Shown one piece after another: positions 27,083-36,529 of a DNA stretch of 64,000 nt (position 1 is the first letter of the stretch; each line of letters begins with the position of its first letter). The position numbers and the translations under genes are program-made. The notes beneath the pieces are model-generated. The model made no database searches and was not told the DNA's origin. It saw only the letters and a program-made list of their open reading frames with translations. This stretch comes from an uncultured virus (IMG/VR IMGVR_UViG_3300032227_001252) (taxonomy: Duplodnaviria; Heunggongvirae; Uroviricota; Caudoviricetes): IMG/VR virus record IMGVR_UViG_3300032227_001252. One strand, 5' to 3'.

Positions 27083-28102
27083 TCAGATGATGCCCTTGAG
27101 CCAGGGGTTGCAGTCGCTCTCCAGCCACGCGTCCCAGTTCGTAGCCTTGAGCGTCTCGTACTTCTTGACCCAGATGTGCACCTTGTCCTGCACGGCCTCG
27201 TAGAGCGCCATGCGGTCGAGGATCGACGCCTCGCGGTCGAAGCGCTGCCCCTTCGCGTCCCCAGACCCGTCGGGGATCTTGAGGCCGACGAGGTCGATGT
27301 CGGAACCCTGCAGCGTGAACGCGAACTGGAGTTCGTTGAAGGTCACCGACATCTTGACGCTGGTCGGACGCTTGCCGTTCAGAGCTGCGAGTCGAGCCTC
27401 AGGAACCTGCTGCAGCACCTCCGCGGCGATGGTGGTCGTCGCGGTCGTGTCCGCCAGCGTGATGCGGCCGTCGATCGTGGAGTCTTCGACCTCCAGGTCA
27501 CCGCCGTTCTCGAGAGCCCACCAGAGCCAGAGGTAGAAGTCGGAGACCTCCGAGGTCTTCACCTCGTCGCCCATCGGGTGCACCGGCTCGATGGTGCAGT
27601 CGAAGGTGCGCTGGAACAGCATGCGGAACTGGTCCACGAGCGTGTCGGTGAGGCCGCTGAACGAGACGATGTTGGTGGTGAGATCCCAGCAGACGTCGTA
27701 GGTGCGCGTCCGCGGGTTCATCTTCTGCACCAGCTCCGTGCTGATGTTCTCCTTGAGCTCGCGCTTGACCTCGCGGGGGATCCGCGTCCGACCGTGCTCC
27801 TTGAGCCATGCGTCGCAGGCCTTGTCCAGGTGCGCCTTCAACAAGGACGGTGCGACCTGTCGGTTGTCGAAGCGCATCGTGAACACGTAGTAGTTCCCGA
27901 CGACCCAGTCTCGAGGGCCGACGAACTGGGCGTCAAGCAGGTTGTCCACGGACACCCACCCGGCCTTGGTCCCGGCTCCCTTCCAGTCAAAGGGGAAGGC
28001 GTTCGCTTCGAGAGCGGCCGCGGCGGTGGTGGGGCTGGCGGCATCCGGGTTACCGGTGACGCGGAATCGACGGGCGGCGTAGGCGCCGGAAAGCACTGGC
28101 AT
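27083..28102 (-). CDS. rdgC: recombination-associated protein RdgC-like
   Basis: AGWVS...YYVFTMRFDNRQVAPSLLKAHL...KRELKENI...F..TF; AGGAGG RBS. Confidence 0.65.
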   Translation of the reverse strand: MPVLSGAYAARRFRVTGNPDAASPTTAAAALEANAFPFDWKGAGTKAGWVSVDNLLDAQFVGPRDWVVGNYYVFTMRFDNRQVAPSLLKAHLDKACDAWLKEHGRTRIPREVKRELKENISTELVQKMNPRTRTYDVCWDLTTNIVSFSGLTDTLVDQFRMLFQRTFDCTIEPVHPMGDEVKTSEVSDFYLWLWWALENGGDLEVEDSTIDGRITLADTTATTTIAAEVLQQVPEARLAALNGKRPTSVKMSVTFNELQFAFTLQGSDIDLVGLKIPDGSGDAKGQRFDREASILDRMALYEAVQDKVHIWVKKYETLKATNWDAWLESDCNPWLKGII

Positions 28103-28196
28103 TGAACCTCCTGAGGGGCACCCCAGAAGTAATCACGCCCCTGCGCTTTTGTCAAACGTCACGCCAGAACTTTCTTCGGCCCGGTTGACGAACTGC

Positions 28197-30080
28197 CTAC
28201 ACCCGGCGCATGAGCGCCTTCGCGGCGGTCATCGGGTGGTCTTCCGGCCGGATCGGGTCGCCGGTCTTGGTGGCCGCGAACGTCTTCTCGTACATCCAGG
28301 GCGGCATCGGGGTGCGGTTCTCCCGGATGTTGTCCTCCAAGTCCTCGATCGGGTCGAAGGGCTTCTTCTGATTCACGAGGTAGACGTGAGCCGTCTCGGA
28401 GGCGCGCGTGAGCGCGGTGTAGGCCAGGCGCCGCCCGTACTCGTCGCCCTCCTCGTGCTTCTTGTTCATGAGCCACTGCGTGGTCGAGTCCCACACGATG
28501 ATGACGTTCCGCCACTGCGACCCCTGCGACTTCACGATCGAGATGCAGTCGCCGTAGTCGCACTGGATCATCTTCCAGGGCTGTACACATCGCCCCAGCG
28601 TCCACAACTCCGCAGGATCCAAGCCGCGGAGGTAGTCCGGCTTCCCCTTCTCAGTGTTTTTGCGCATGGACGCGATGTAGTAGTTGAGCTCGTCGTAGCG
28701 GTTGCGGTTCTCCTCGAGGCAGATGTCGTACATGTCCGCGGACATGCCCACAGCCTGGTTCCGCGTGAAGAGCGTCTTCTCTGTGCCGTCGTACATGCGG
28801 AGCCGGAGGCGGAGAAGGCCCCATTCCCGTGCCCGCTCGTCGATGTAGTCCGCGCGCACGACCGGGTAGACTTCGCCGTTCATCAACCCCTGTGAATGGT
28901 TGTTGAACGTGATCAGGAGCCGATCCCCGCGCGTGAAAGCCGTGCCGTCACGCCGGGCGTAGTCTGCGATCGAGCGGCCGTCCCCGAGGATGAACTGGTT
29001 GCGGATGAGGCCGTTGAGCTTCCTCCGCGCCGCGTTCGTGAACGTGAGCATGGTCACGTCGTGCTTCTGAAGATCCCACTGCCCGTCAGGGAGCCGTGCG
29101 AGGCGGTGCCCGACGTAGTCGCGGACGGCCGGTTCCCACGTCGGACTCCTGTACACGCGGAGCCGCGGGTCAGGGGTCACAATCTCCGGGTCGATCGCCC
29201 AGTAAGAGGACCCCATCTCGCCCTGGCGGATGAGCGTGGCCAACTGGATGATGGGGTTGCCTGCCGCCTGACGGAGCACCTTCGTGAGGGTGACGTCGGG
29301 CTGCTCGAAGTTTACGCCCCACCCCTGCGGCTCGCCCTTCTTGACCACGGGCTGGAGCTGCTCCTTGTCCCCGACGAAGAGGATACGCCAACCGGATGGG
29401 ACGCGCCCCATCACGTCCTGATAGAGCTTCTTCGAGATCATCGACGACTCGTCGACGATCGCGACTGCGACATCGGGCTTGTCCTCGTCCCCTTCGCGGA
29501 ACGACAGTTTCCGCTCGATGCCGACGAGCCCTTCGGGGACGCGATACCCCGTGCCGCAGTGCTCGCAGCGGACAGAGCGAACTCCGCGCTGCACCGCCAC
29601 CGCAGGAAGGATGCCCAGGGCTTCCGAAGGCCGACCGCACGACGTGCAGATGCCGACGATGTCCGCGCCCCGGAAGAACGCACCGTGGATCGTGGTGGTG
29701 TCTTCCTGCGTCACTTGGCGCAGTCGGGAGGCTGCTTTCCCAGTCGGCGCCATCAGCATCGTGGGGATAGCGCGCTTCCGCAACGACGCGAGCAGCGTCC
29801 GCATTAGCGTCGTCTTGCCGGTTCCTGCTGCGCCTGCGAGCACGACCACGACGACTTCGGGGGCCTTGTCGCCATCCCGAATGAGCTTGCCCTGATCGTC
29901 CAGGTTGCGCGTCAGCGCAGTCAGGATGGTGTCGTGTGCATCTTGCTGCTCTTCTGTCAGAGCAGGTCCGCCGCCGGGCGCGGGATCCGGGTTCAGTCGG
30001 ATCTGTCGAAAGTTCTGCCGAAACGCAGCGGGACCCCCGCGGTTGCGGCCGAAAGCGATGGCGGTGGCGACAGGAATCAT
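28197..30080 (-). CDS. RecD/Dda-like SF1B helicase with zinc-finger insertion and N-terminal RLNP leader
   Basis: GAAGTGKTT, APTGKAA, TIH, VDESSM, GDKEQLQPV, LTKVLRQ, KSQGSQW, AYTALTRA. Confidence 0.88.
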   Translation of the reverse strand: MIPVATAIAFGRNRGGPAAFRQNFRQIRLNPDPAPGGGPALTEEQQDAHDTILTALTRNLDDQGKLIRDGDKAPEVVVVVLAGAAGTGKTTLMRTLLASLRKRAIPTMLMAPTGKAASRLRQVTQEDTTTIHGAFFRGADIVGICTSCGRPSEALGILPAVAVQRGVRSVRCEHCGTGYRVPEGLVGIERKLSFREGDEDKPDVAVAIVDESSMISKKLYQDVMGRVPSGWRILFVGDKEQLQPVVKKGEPQGWGVNFEQPDVTLTKVLRQAAGNPIIQLATLIRQGEMGSSYWAIDPEIVTPDPRLRVYRSPTWEPAVRDYVGHRLARLPDGQWDLQKHDVTMLTFTNAARRKLNGLIRNQFILGDGRSIADYARRDGTAFTRGDRLLITFNNHSQGLMNGEVYPVVRADYIDERAREWGLLRLRLRMYDGTEKTLFTRNQAVGMSADMYDICLEENRNRYDELNYYIASMRKNTEKGKPDYLRGLDPAELWTLGRCVQPWKMIQCDYGDCISIVKSQGSQWRNVIIVWDSTTQWLMNKKHEEGDEYGRRLAYTALTRASETAHVYLVNQKKPFDPIEDLEDNIRENRTPMPPWMYEKTFAATKTGDPIRPEDHPMTAAKALMRRV

Positions 30081-30187
30081 GGCTCGGAAGGTATAGCGCC
30101 TCTGAGGGGGCGAGAAAGGCGTCTCATGGCACAGCCCCTATGCGTCCTTCGGGCACGCTACTCTACTCACGAACCCGCGGTGCCCCT

Positions 30188-30442
30188 ATGTCGTCGCTTC
30201 AGGAACTCGAGCGCACTCCCATGCAGAGCAAGAAGTTCATCGCTTTCTTCCTCTGCCTGGTGTTGTCGCGCATCTGCCTGATCGTGATGATCAAGGGTCA
30301 CGTCAGCGACATGGTCCTTATCACTGCGCTGCTGTGCTCCACGTTCGTGGACGTGGGGTACATCCTGGGTCAGGCTGCTCTGGACATCTATGTCCGGGGC
30401 GTCTCCCGGATGCGCGGGAGTAAGGACGAACCCGAGGCTTAG
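30188..30442 (+). CDS. small two-TM membrane protein (holin-like)
   Basis: SKKFIAFFLCLV...; second hydrophobic segment; YILGQAALD. Confidence 0.5.
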   Translation: MSSLQELERTPMQSKKFIAFFLCLVLSRICLIVMIKGHVSDMVLITALLCSTFVDVGYILGQAALDIYVRGVSRMRGSKDEPEA

Positions 30443-30465
30443 GCCTCATTCACCCCAAGGTCCGC

Positions 30466-30765
30466 ATGGAACCCACCACCCCCGTCGCCCCTGTTGCAGC
30501 TCCCGCTGCCCCCGTCGCGGCTCCCGCTATCACCGATGCTGCCGCTCCTGCTGATGCCGCCGCTGCTTCTGCCGACTCTGCGGCTGATGTTGCTGGTGCT
30601 GACGCTGCGAAGCCGGAAGCCGCCGCAGTCGAGTCCGTGCAGGATGTGCAGTCTGACTGCCTCGTCACCGTGGCCGACGGCACCAGCCCCGTTGCCCTCG
30701 CCCTCGCTGGAATCGCTCTCCTCGGCCTCGTCATGAAGCTGTTCAAGAGCAAGCGCAAGGCGTAG
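30466..30765 (+). CDS. Ala/Pro-rich protein with Cys + TM + basic tail (MYXO-CTERM-like)
   Basis: DCLVTVADGTSPVALALAGIALLGLVMKLFKSKRKA. Confidence 0.55.
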   Translation: MEPTTPVAPVAAPAAPVAAPAITDAAAPADAAAASADSAADVAGADAAKPEAAAVESVQDVQSDCLVTVADGTSPVALALAGIALLGLVMKLFKSKRKA

Positions 30766-30776
30766 TCACTCACCGG

Positions 30777-30995
30777 TCACTTGTGGCGGTAGACGATCCT
30801 GCCCTTCTTCAGGTCGTAGGGCGTCACCGCCACCGTGACCCGGTCTTGCAGCACGATCTTGATTTTGTGCTGGCGGATCTTCCCGCTGATGTGCGCGCTC
30901 ACCTTGGAGCCGTTGTCGAGAGAGACCTCGAAGACACTTCCCGGCCACACATGAGTGACCACTCCTTCCAGCTCGATCAGATCGTCCGAGGCCAT
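30777..30995 (-). CDS. infA: translation initiation factor IF-1
   Basis: IELEGVV...FEVSLDNG...AHISGKIR...I...DRV.V...[12 protein letters not shown]; 72 aa. Confidence 0.95.
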   Translation of the reverse strand: MASDDLIELEGVVTHVWPGSVFEVSLDNGSKVSAHISGKIRQHKIKIVLQDRVTVAVTPYDLKKGRIVYRHK

Positions 30996-31013
30996 CGCGT
31001 CTCCGCGCTCACA

Positions 31014-31325
31014 CTACAACGCGTCAGGCAGCGCAGCCAACAAACGGTTCAACTCGTACGACCGCGCTGCCATCATGGCGATCTCGGGACGTGCTCTGGC
31101 CGTCTCTTGCAGATCCAAGAGCACGCGAGACCGCTCGGACTCGAGGCGCATTACCACCTCGGTTCGGTTGTGCAGTCTCATCTTCCCCCGCGGCACGGCG
31201 ATGACGTAGCCGAACTGATCTGCCACAGTCCAGACTCCCGTGTCGCGGACGGGATCGAGTAGCGTCACGACAGCACCAGACTTGAGTGCTGCGTGGTCAT
31301 CGCACATGGCCGCGGTCAGCTTCAT
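31014..31325 (-). CDS. hypothetical protein
   Basis: 103-aa ORF in a coupled small-gene array. Confidence 0.5.
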   Translation of the reverse strand: MKLTAAMCDDHAALKSGAVVTLLDPVRDTGVWTVADQFGYVIAVPRGKMRLHNRTEVVMRLESERSRVLLDLQETARARPEIAMMAARSYELNRLLAALPDAL

Positions 31326-31326
31326 G

Positions 31327-31569
31327 CTACTTCTTGACCCACGAGAACCACCTCTTCAGGAAGCTCTTGCGGGCGCTGGGGAGGCCCGACATCGCAGGGG
31401 GCATCGGAGGAGGCGGAAGCAGGTGCTTCTTGTCCTCTGCGCGTGCCTTGGCGACCTCGAGCTGGTTCTTGGTGAAGAGGTAGTCGGCCTGCTCCGAGTC
31501 CGCGCCGTCGATCGTGGCGCGGACGTGGTAGTAGGTCTCGATCACAGTGAAGTTCTTGTCCTGGCTCAT
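31327..31569 (-). CDS. hypothetical protein
   Basis: ATGA overlap; 80 aa. Confidence 0.55.
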   Translation of the reverse strand: MSQDKNFTVIETYYHVRATIDGADSEQADYLFTKNQLEVAKARAEDKKHLLPPPPMPPAMSGLPSARKSFLKRWFSWVKK

Positions 31570-32039
31570 GCGTGCGCTCCGATGAAGACGGTTCGACCGT
31601 CATCGTACGCGTGCTCGCTCACGCTGCAACACCCGAAGGAGCTACCAGACTCCATCCACGACGGTACATCCAACCCCGAAGGCAGGAGCCCGACGTAGTC
31701 TTCGTCTCCACCGTGTTCAGAGAGGCACCGCAACTCGCCAGGGGCGTCGCGCCAGTTCCACACAAGGATGGATCGTCCCTGCGCTTCGAGACTGGGCACC
31801 AGCGGCCCCGTGAAGCGCCACCTGTAATACTTCGGATGGTGGGTCTTGTAAGTGCCGTCCTTGAGGGAGCCTGTGTAGTGCCCCCAGAGTGAGCCCCTCT
31901 CGTCGGAGTAGTGGTACTGGCGCACTTCTGCGTACGAGAGTTCACCGTGCTTGTCGATGAACTCCGCCTCGACGCAGCCCCCCATGTGCCGCTGAGGGGG
32001 CGTGTCAGACCACTCTTTCCAAGACCGCAAGTTGAACAT
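31566..32039 (-). CDS. hypothetical protein
   Basis: LSEHGGDEDY...FGCCSV motif; TGATG overlap. Confidence 0.55.
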   Translation of the reverse strand: MFNLRSWKEWSDTPPQRHMGGCVEAEFIDKHGELSYAEVRQYHYSDERGSLWGHYTGSLKDGTYKTHHPKYYRWRFTGPLVPSLEAQGRSILVWNWRDAPGELRCLSEHGGDEDYVGLLPSGLDVPSWMESGSSFGCCSVSEHAYDDGRTVFIGAHA

Positions 32040-32237
32040 CACCACCCCGCCTGAAGCCGGATCACGCTGAAGATGATGTGCCAGAAGCCGATGAAGGCAG
32101 CCTTCACCAGCGTGTCCAGCACGAAGATGACTGAGCGCCTTAGCCAACCAGCCACCAGACCAGCCGCTCGAGCAGTCTCACGGGCCGAGTCATCCGCAGG
32201 CGGTGTAGGGAGAGGGTCACGCGCTCCTTCCACGGGG

Positions 32238-32477
32238 TCATTTCCCGGTCGGGGCGGGCCAATCCTGACCTTGTACGGTGCAGATGCAGGCGCCTTTCGA
32301 GTCGAGCCTGTACATCGGATTCTCGCCGCCGATTTCGTCGCATGTGGCCTCGCAGTACCCTTCCTTGATGCCGCGATCCTTCGCTGCGTGCACCATGTAA
32401 ACGCAGACCGCGAGCAAGAGCGCCAGGAAGCCCGCTCCGAGCATCAGGATGAAGTTGTCGGAAGGATCGCGGCTCAT
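32238..32477 (-). CDS. small membrane protein with Cys-rich C-terminus
   Basis: N-terminal TM; CxxxC and CxC; directly downstream of a promoter. Confidence 0.55.
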   Translation of the reverse strand: MSRDPSDNFILMLGAGFLALLLAVCVYMVHAAKDRGIKEGYCEATCDEIGGENPMYRLDSKGACICTVQGQDWPAPTGK

Positions 32478-32497
32478 GCGGTCATGTACCTGCGGTT

Positions 32498-32511
32498 TTG
32501 ACAGTTGTCAA
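32498..32511. promoter_or_regulatory. palindromic operator TTGAC-N4-GTCAA overlapping a -35 box
   Basis: TTGACAGTTGTCAA; minus strand TTGACA-N17-TACATG. Confidence 0.7.
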
Positions 32512-32517
32512 GGCGCC

Positions 32518-33315
32518 TCAGAGATCGTCGTTGAGCTCGGCTGCGTTCGGGACTCGAAGCGCGTAGCGCAGCTGAGCGATCACCTTCTTGCGGGTCTGGT
32601 TCACCCACTCGCGGCTGACGCCGTGGTTGTCGCCGATCTCCCGAAGCGGTGGCATCTCGCCCCCGTACGAGAGGACGGCCTCCCGCTCGAACGGGCTGAG
32701 CTTGTTGAGTGCCTTCTGCAGGCGCTCGAGGTCGGACTTCATCTCCCCTTCCGGCACCTCGGACTGAACCTGATAGGGGCCCATCATGCCCGTCTCGTCG
32801 TCGTCGGCGACACGGTCAAGACTGATGGCCCGCTCGGCCTTCGGGTTCCCGACTGCCCACATGGCGACGTGCAGGTCCTCGTCGCTCATGTTGAGGCCGA
32901 ACGTCTCGAGCGCGTTCTGGATCGAAGGCGTCTCTCCTGTCTGCTCCTGCTCTGCCTTCATCCACGCGCGGATCTTCGAGGTGAGCTGCGCCAGGTTGGC
33001 TGGAACGTGGATCCCTGCTGCGTTCCGCTTCCCCGTGGTGCGGCGCATGTAGTACCAGCACGCCACGCTGATGTAAGAGCTGCCCTTCTTGGGGTCGCAG
33101 TAGAGCGCGGCGTCGTAGAGTGACAGCCGGGCCTCGCTGACGTCATCGTCGTCCGGATGCGGGCAGAAGCGGCGCGCCAACCACGTCGCGGCGGCGTCGT
33201 TGAGCTTCACGACCTCCCACGCGAGCTCCTGCTTCTTCTTGGGATCCTCGCAATCTTGGATCTGGGACAGGCGTTCGACGGTGAGTGACTTACGGGACTT
33301 TGTCATGCCCGTCAC
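32518..33315 (-). CDS. sigma70-family RNA polymerase sigma factor
   Basis: Region 2 LYDAALYCDPKKGSSYISVACWY; region 3 GETPS...ISLD; region 4 LREIGDNHGVSREWVNQ. Confidence 0.85.
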   Translation of the reverse strand: MTGMTKSRKSLTVERLSQIQDCEDPKKKQELAWEVVKLNDAAATWLARRFCPHPDDDDVSEARLSLYDAALYCDPKKGSSYISVACWYYMRRTTGKRNAAGIHVPANLAQLTSKIRAWMKAEQEQTGETPSIQNALETFGLNMSDEDLHVAMWAVGNPKAERAISLDRVADDDETGMMGPYQVQSEVPEGEMKSDLERLQKALNKLSPFEREAVLSYGGEMPPLREIGDNHGVSREWVNQTRKKVIAQLRYALRVPNAAELNDDL

Positions 33316-33439
33316 TTTTATCAGACCGCCACCTCCCGCGAACGATTTCGCGGGATCCGAGTGCTATCCCTCGCTGCCGTCTCCACCCTTCGCGTTGTAG
33401 CCCGGCAGATCGCGCCCCGGCCTGATCCACCGGTCGGAG

Positions 33440-33985
33440 TCAGATGCGGTAGGCACGCATCCATGCTTTCTGTCTCTCCGCTTCGCCAGTGAGCATGGAC
33501 ATGGCGTAGGTCTTGTCCCCCGTCACTTCCTGCGCAACCCACGGCGGCAGCTTGACGGCGTTCGCAGCCGCGATGGACGGCGTTTCGACCTCGGCAGTGA
33601 CGAGGTAGAGCCACATGTGCGGGGGCCGGTTCGGGACGTTGTTGACCTTCAGCACGTCCACTTCCCAGATGTTGCCCTTGTACTCGACCTCGTGGCGCGT
33701 CTTGTCCAGGAGCGGCGGGTTGAGCTCTGCGATCATCTCCGCGACCGTGTCCACGGGCATGTCCCACTCCCACTCCGGCTTCACGAGACCGCCGTTCCGG
33801 GGACGGCCCTTCACGGTCATCTTCGCAGACGTACCGCGGGGGGTCTCCGAGATCCGAACGCGAACGGTTCGGGCGGGGTCTTCAGAGAGGTACGCCTGCA
33901 CCTGACGGGTTCCGCCAGGACGGTTGGCGAAAGCCTCGTGAAACTCGAGGGGTACGATGAACTTGCGCTCGATCTCGAGGGCCAT
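33440..33985 (-). CDS. CYTH-domain (triphosphate tunnel) protein
   Basis: EIERKF, QAYL, VRVRI, TVKG, EWE, KTR, WEVD, AEVE, EVTGD. Confidence 0.9.
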   Translation of the reverse strand: MALEIERKFIVPLEFHEAFANRPGGTRQVQAYLSEDPARTVRVRISETPRGTSAKMTVKGRPRNGGLVKPEWEWDMPVDTVAEMIAELNPPLLDKTRHEVEYKGNIWEVDVLKVNNVPNRPPHMWLYLVTAEVETPSIAAANAVKLPPWVAQEVTGDKTYAMSMLTGEAERQKAWMRAYRI

Positions 33986-33987
33986 GG

Positions 33988-34260
33988 CTACTCCTTGTCC
34001 GCAGACAGCACTTCGATCCAGTCACCCTCGACCCAGGCGGCGACGTGAAAGCCGTTGGTCATGACGTCGGGGTCCTTCGGATCTCCGTCGTCCACCTTCG
34101 CCTCCATCACATCAATGCGCTGCTCGAAGCCGTTGTAGTATGACGCCTCGCGGGTGGCTCTGACGGTGCCGTTGAGCCATGTGTCCCGCAGGCCGGGCTT
34201 GAAGCGGACGCTGTCGCCCACGTTGATGGTCTTGCCGTTGATGTCGGTCACGGTGTTCAT
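33988..34260 (-). CDS. hypothetical protein
   Basis: DINGKTINVGDSV start (YopX/SH3-like). Confidence 0.5.
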   Translation of the reverse strand: MNTVTDINGKTINVGDSVRFKPGLRDTWLNGTVRATREASYYNGFEQRIDVMEAKVDDGDPKDPDVMTNGFHVAAWVEGDWIEVLSADKE

Positions 34261-34640
34261 CCTGCGTTGAAACTAGCGCACACTACCCCGGGTGCTATTG
34301 AGGAGTCAGCTACGCCGATGAGAGTAGCCTCGATGTCGTGCGGATCACTCGGCCAGTCGAGCGACCGCCACCACCCTGACGGAACCTCTCGGCCTGACGG
34401 ATGGATCTTCTTGGCCGCGTTCGCGGTAGGAGCGGCAACGACGCACGAGTCGTAGGTGTCGAACCCGCGCTCTTTCGACTGCGTGAGAAGCCACAGGAGC
34501 AGCGGGGCAAGGTATTTCGTCCCGTCCTGGCAGTGCTCGCACCGGTGCTCGTAGCACTCCGCTCCCATGTGCTCAACGCGGTAGCCGAGGTCGACGCGGC
34601 AGCACTTCCCTCCGCACTCCGGGCACAACGTGTCGCTCAT
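34257..34640 (-). CDS. hypothetical Cys-rich protein
   Basis: CPECGG; GFDTYDSCVVAA...VVCASFNAG. Confidence 0.55.
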   Translation of the reverse strand: MSDTLCPECGGKCCRVDLGYRVEHMGAECYEHRCEHCQDGTKYLAPLLLWLLTQSKERGFDTYDSCVVAAPTANAAKKIHPSGREVPSGWWRSLDWPSDPHDIEATLIGVADSSIAPGVVCASFNAG

Positions 34641-34834
34641 GGAACACCCAGCAGCGCGATCTTCTGGCGGAGCTTCGCCTTGAGCTCCTCGTTCTCGGTC
34701 TGCAACCTGCGGATCTCGGACAGGAGCGCGCCCGACTCCGAGGGGTAGACAGGCCAGACAGAGGAGTTGTCAGCGGCCCGCTGCAGGCAGTCCAGAACGT
34801 ACTTGAGGGCGTGGTTGTCTACGGTGCTACTCAT
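34637..34834 (-). CDS. small hypothetical coiled-coil protein
   Basis: ALLSEIRRLQ; ATGA overlaps. Confidence 0.45.
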   Translation of the reverse strand: MSSTVDNHALKYVLDCLQRAADNSSVWPVYPSESGALLSEIRRLQTENEELKAKLRQKIALLGVP

Positions 34835-35043
34835 GGCTCTTCGGTCTCCTCCTCCTGGCGCCAGCACTTGATGTCTGCCATGGCGAAGTGTCGCCACGCG
34901 GCCTTCTCCACGTCGAACGCGCGCAGAAGCCACTGGGGCTTCGGATGCCACTTATTCGCTCCGAAGCTCACGGCATCCGGGATGATCGTGCGGCGGCTGC
35001 GCTCGCCCCTCCAGTTGATGTAGTCGATCGAGACCCGCTTCAC
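34831..35043 (-). CDS. stand-alone WYL-domain protein
   Basis: IDYINWRGERSRRTIIP...WHPKPQWLLRAFDVEKAAWRHFAMADI. Confidence 0.75.
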   Translation of the reverse strand: MKRVSIDYINWRGERSRRTIIPDAVSFGANKWHPKPQWLLRAFDVEKAAWRHFAMADIKCWRQEEETEEP

Positions 35044-35279
35044 TTCTCCTCCGTCATGACGTACGTCCGCGTCTCCGTGACTCGACGGACGAAGACGCTG
35101 AAGTTGAGGTGATTCCCCCACTCAATCGCCTCATCGCGTGAGGCGAATCGCTTCGCGTCGTTGATGGAAGTGGTTCTCCCGGCTGTAGGGATGCCTGTAT
35201 TCCGGGCGTACGCCGGCACTCCGCTGAACTTCGTGGCGGCGAGCAGCACCCAGTAGGTCTGGTTGTCTTCGAACTTCAT
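35040..35279 (-). CDS. hypothetical protein
   Basis: AKRFASRDEA motif; coupled ORF. Confidence 0.5.
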   Translation of the reverse strand: MKFEDNQTYWVLLAATKFSGVPAYARNTGIPTAGRTTSINDAKRFASRDEAIEWGNHLNFSVFVRRVTETRTYVMTEEK

Positions 35280-35369
35280 TCCGACCTGCCTTCCCGAACC
35301 TGGTACGCGAGCGCGGCGCAGTACAGGCAGGCTATGGCTGCCGTCCAAAACAGCGCGTTCATCACGCGA

Positions 35370-35579
35370 CTACGCACGAGAGGCTCCGTACCCCGCTGCG
35401 ATCAGGACTTCGTTCAGCGCTGTCTCCTTGTCCGCGGACCGGACGATGACGACTGCAGGCCGGGGCAGGTTGTCAGAGGCGTACGAGGGCGCCATCGCGT
35501 AGTAGAAGCCCTCTTCTTGATTGAACTCGACGGTGACCTTCACGGGCACCATCACGAGGCGAGTGTATACCTGCTTCAT
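35370..35579 (-). CDS. small protein, weakly HicB-like
   Basis: VTVEFNQEEGFYYAMAP...ADKETALNEV. Confidence 0.4.
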   Translation of the reverse strand: MKQVYTRLVMVPVKVTVEFNQEEGFYYAMAPSYASDNLPRPAVVIVRSADKETALNEVLIAAGYGASRA

Positions 35580-35580
35580 T

Positions 35581-35913
35581 TCAGCTCCCGAACCACAGCC
35601 AGATGGTGTCCGCGTGCAGAGACGCGCCCTCGAAAAACACATGCGTCGTTGAACCGTAGGCAGACTGCCAAGCCCTGTTCACCCTGAGCGCGACCGCATC
35701 GAGGTCCTTCCAGGTGGGGTTCTCGAGTCCTGCGTGCCAGATCACGGCAGCGCGATCCTCCGATCCGTCGCCTTTGACCATCCCCACGCTGAAGCCCCGG
35801 CCCTCGAAGACCACATCGTTCCAGTCCCCGAAGGGCTTCTCCTTCCCGGTGGGATCGGAGTGCGGGCGCACGAAGGAGTAGTGACCCGCTTCGCCTTTCA
35901 GGAAGAGCTTCAC
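35581..35913 (-). CDS. hypothetical protein
   Basis: GTGA overlap; 110 aa. Confidence 0.5.
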   Translation of the reverse strand: MKLFLKGEAGHYSFVRPHSDPTGKEKPFGDWNDVVFEGRGFSVGMVKGDGSEDRAAVIWHAGLENPTWKDLDAVALRVNRAWQSAYGSTTHVFFEGASLHADTIWLWFGS

Positions 35914-36203
35914 GGCGTCTTCCCCTTCGGGTACTCGAACACCCAGACGTGCTCCTGCTTCGGGTCATCGTTGAACACCCATCCTGCGTCTCGGTACTTG
36001 CGACGGAGGATGTCGAGCTGGACAGGGGACGGCGTGGTGAGCACGCAGTAGTTCGCCGCGAACGCGGGCGGGATGTGCAGGCTGACCTTTCGGCCCTTCT
36101 GCTTCATCTCCTCCGTCCAGGCCGCGCCCAGAGTCTCGTCGATCTGCGTCTCGTACGGCTGAACGTTCTCGTTCTTCGCCTTCACTTCCGCGGGCCTGAT
36201 CAT
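35910..36203 (-). CDS. hypothetical protein
   Basis: MIRPAE...KYRDAGW; ATGA overlap. Confidence 0.55.
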   Translation of the reverse strand: MIRPAEVKAKNENVQPYETQIDETLGAAWTEEMKQKGRKVSLHIPPAFAANYCVLTTPSPVQLDILRRKYRDAGWVFNDDPKQEHVWVFEYPKGKTP

Positions 36204-36529
36204 TCTTCACCTCCCAGCTCTTCACCTTCAACGATGAAGCCCTCTTCCTCCCACTCCGCGTCGACACGCTTCGCTTTCGCGGTGGGCTTCTGCACTTCGG
36301 CCATGAACATCGACAGGATCTCCTGGCGCGTCTCCCATGCCGACATGCCGTCCTTGACGTAGGCATTGACGAGGTGCTGGACGATGTCCGCGACCACGAT
36401 GCCCCAGATAGCCGGGGTGTCGAACTCGTTGTTGTCGAGCATCACGACCAGCCCCTGCTCGGGGTTGTTGTAGACGACGAGGCACGGGTTGATCTTGACC
36501 ACCGTGCGTGGACTCTTGCTCTTGCTCAC
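36200..36529 (-). CDS. DUF5076-like protein
   Basis: FDTPAIWGIVVADIVQHLVNAY. Confidence 0.6.
   Translation of the reverse strand: MSKSKSPRTVVKINPCLVVYNNPEQGLVVMLDNNEFDTPAIWGIVVADIVQHLVNAYVKDGMSAWETRQEILSMFMAEVQKPTAKAKRVDAEWEEEGFIVEGEELGGEE

Noticed and set aside
32039..32241. Apparent frameshift (coupled ATG at 32241 and coupled stop at 32039 are in different frames)
   Set aside because: An intact GTG-started ORF 32039..32233 explains the region without recoding; no slippery site seen
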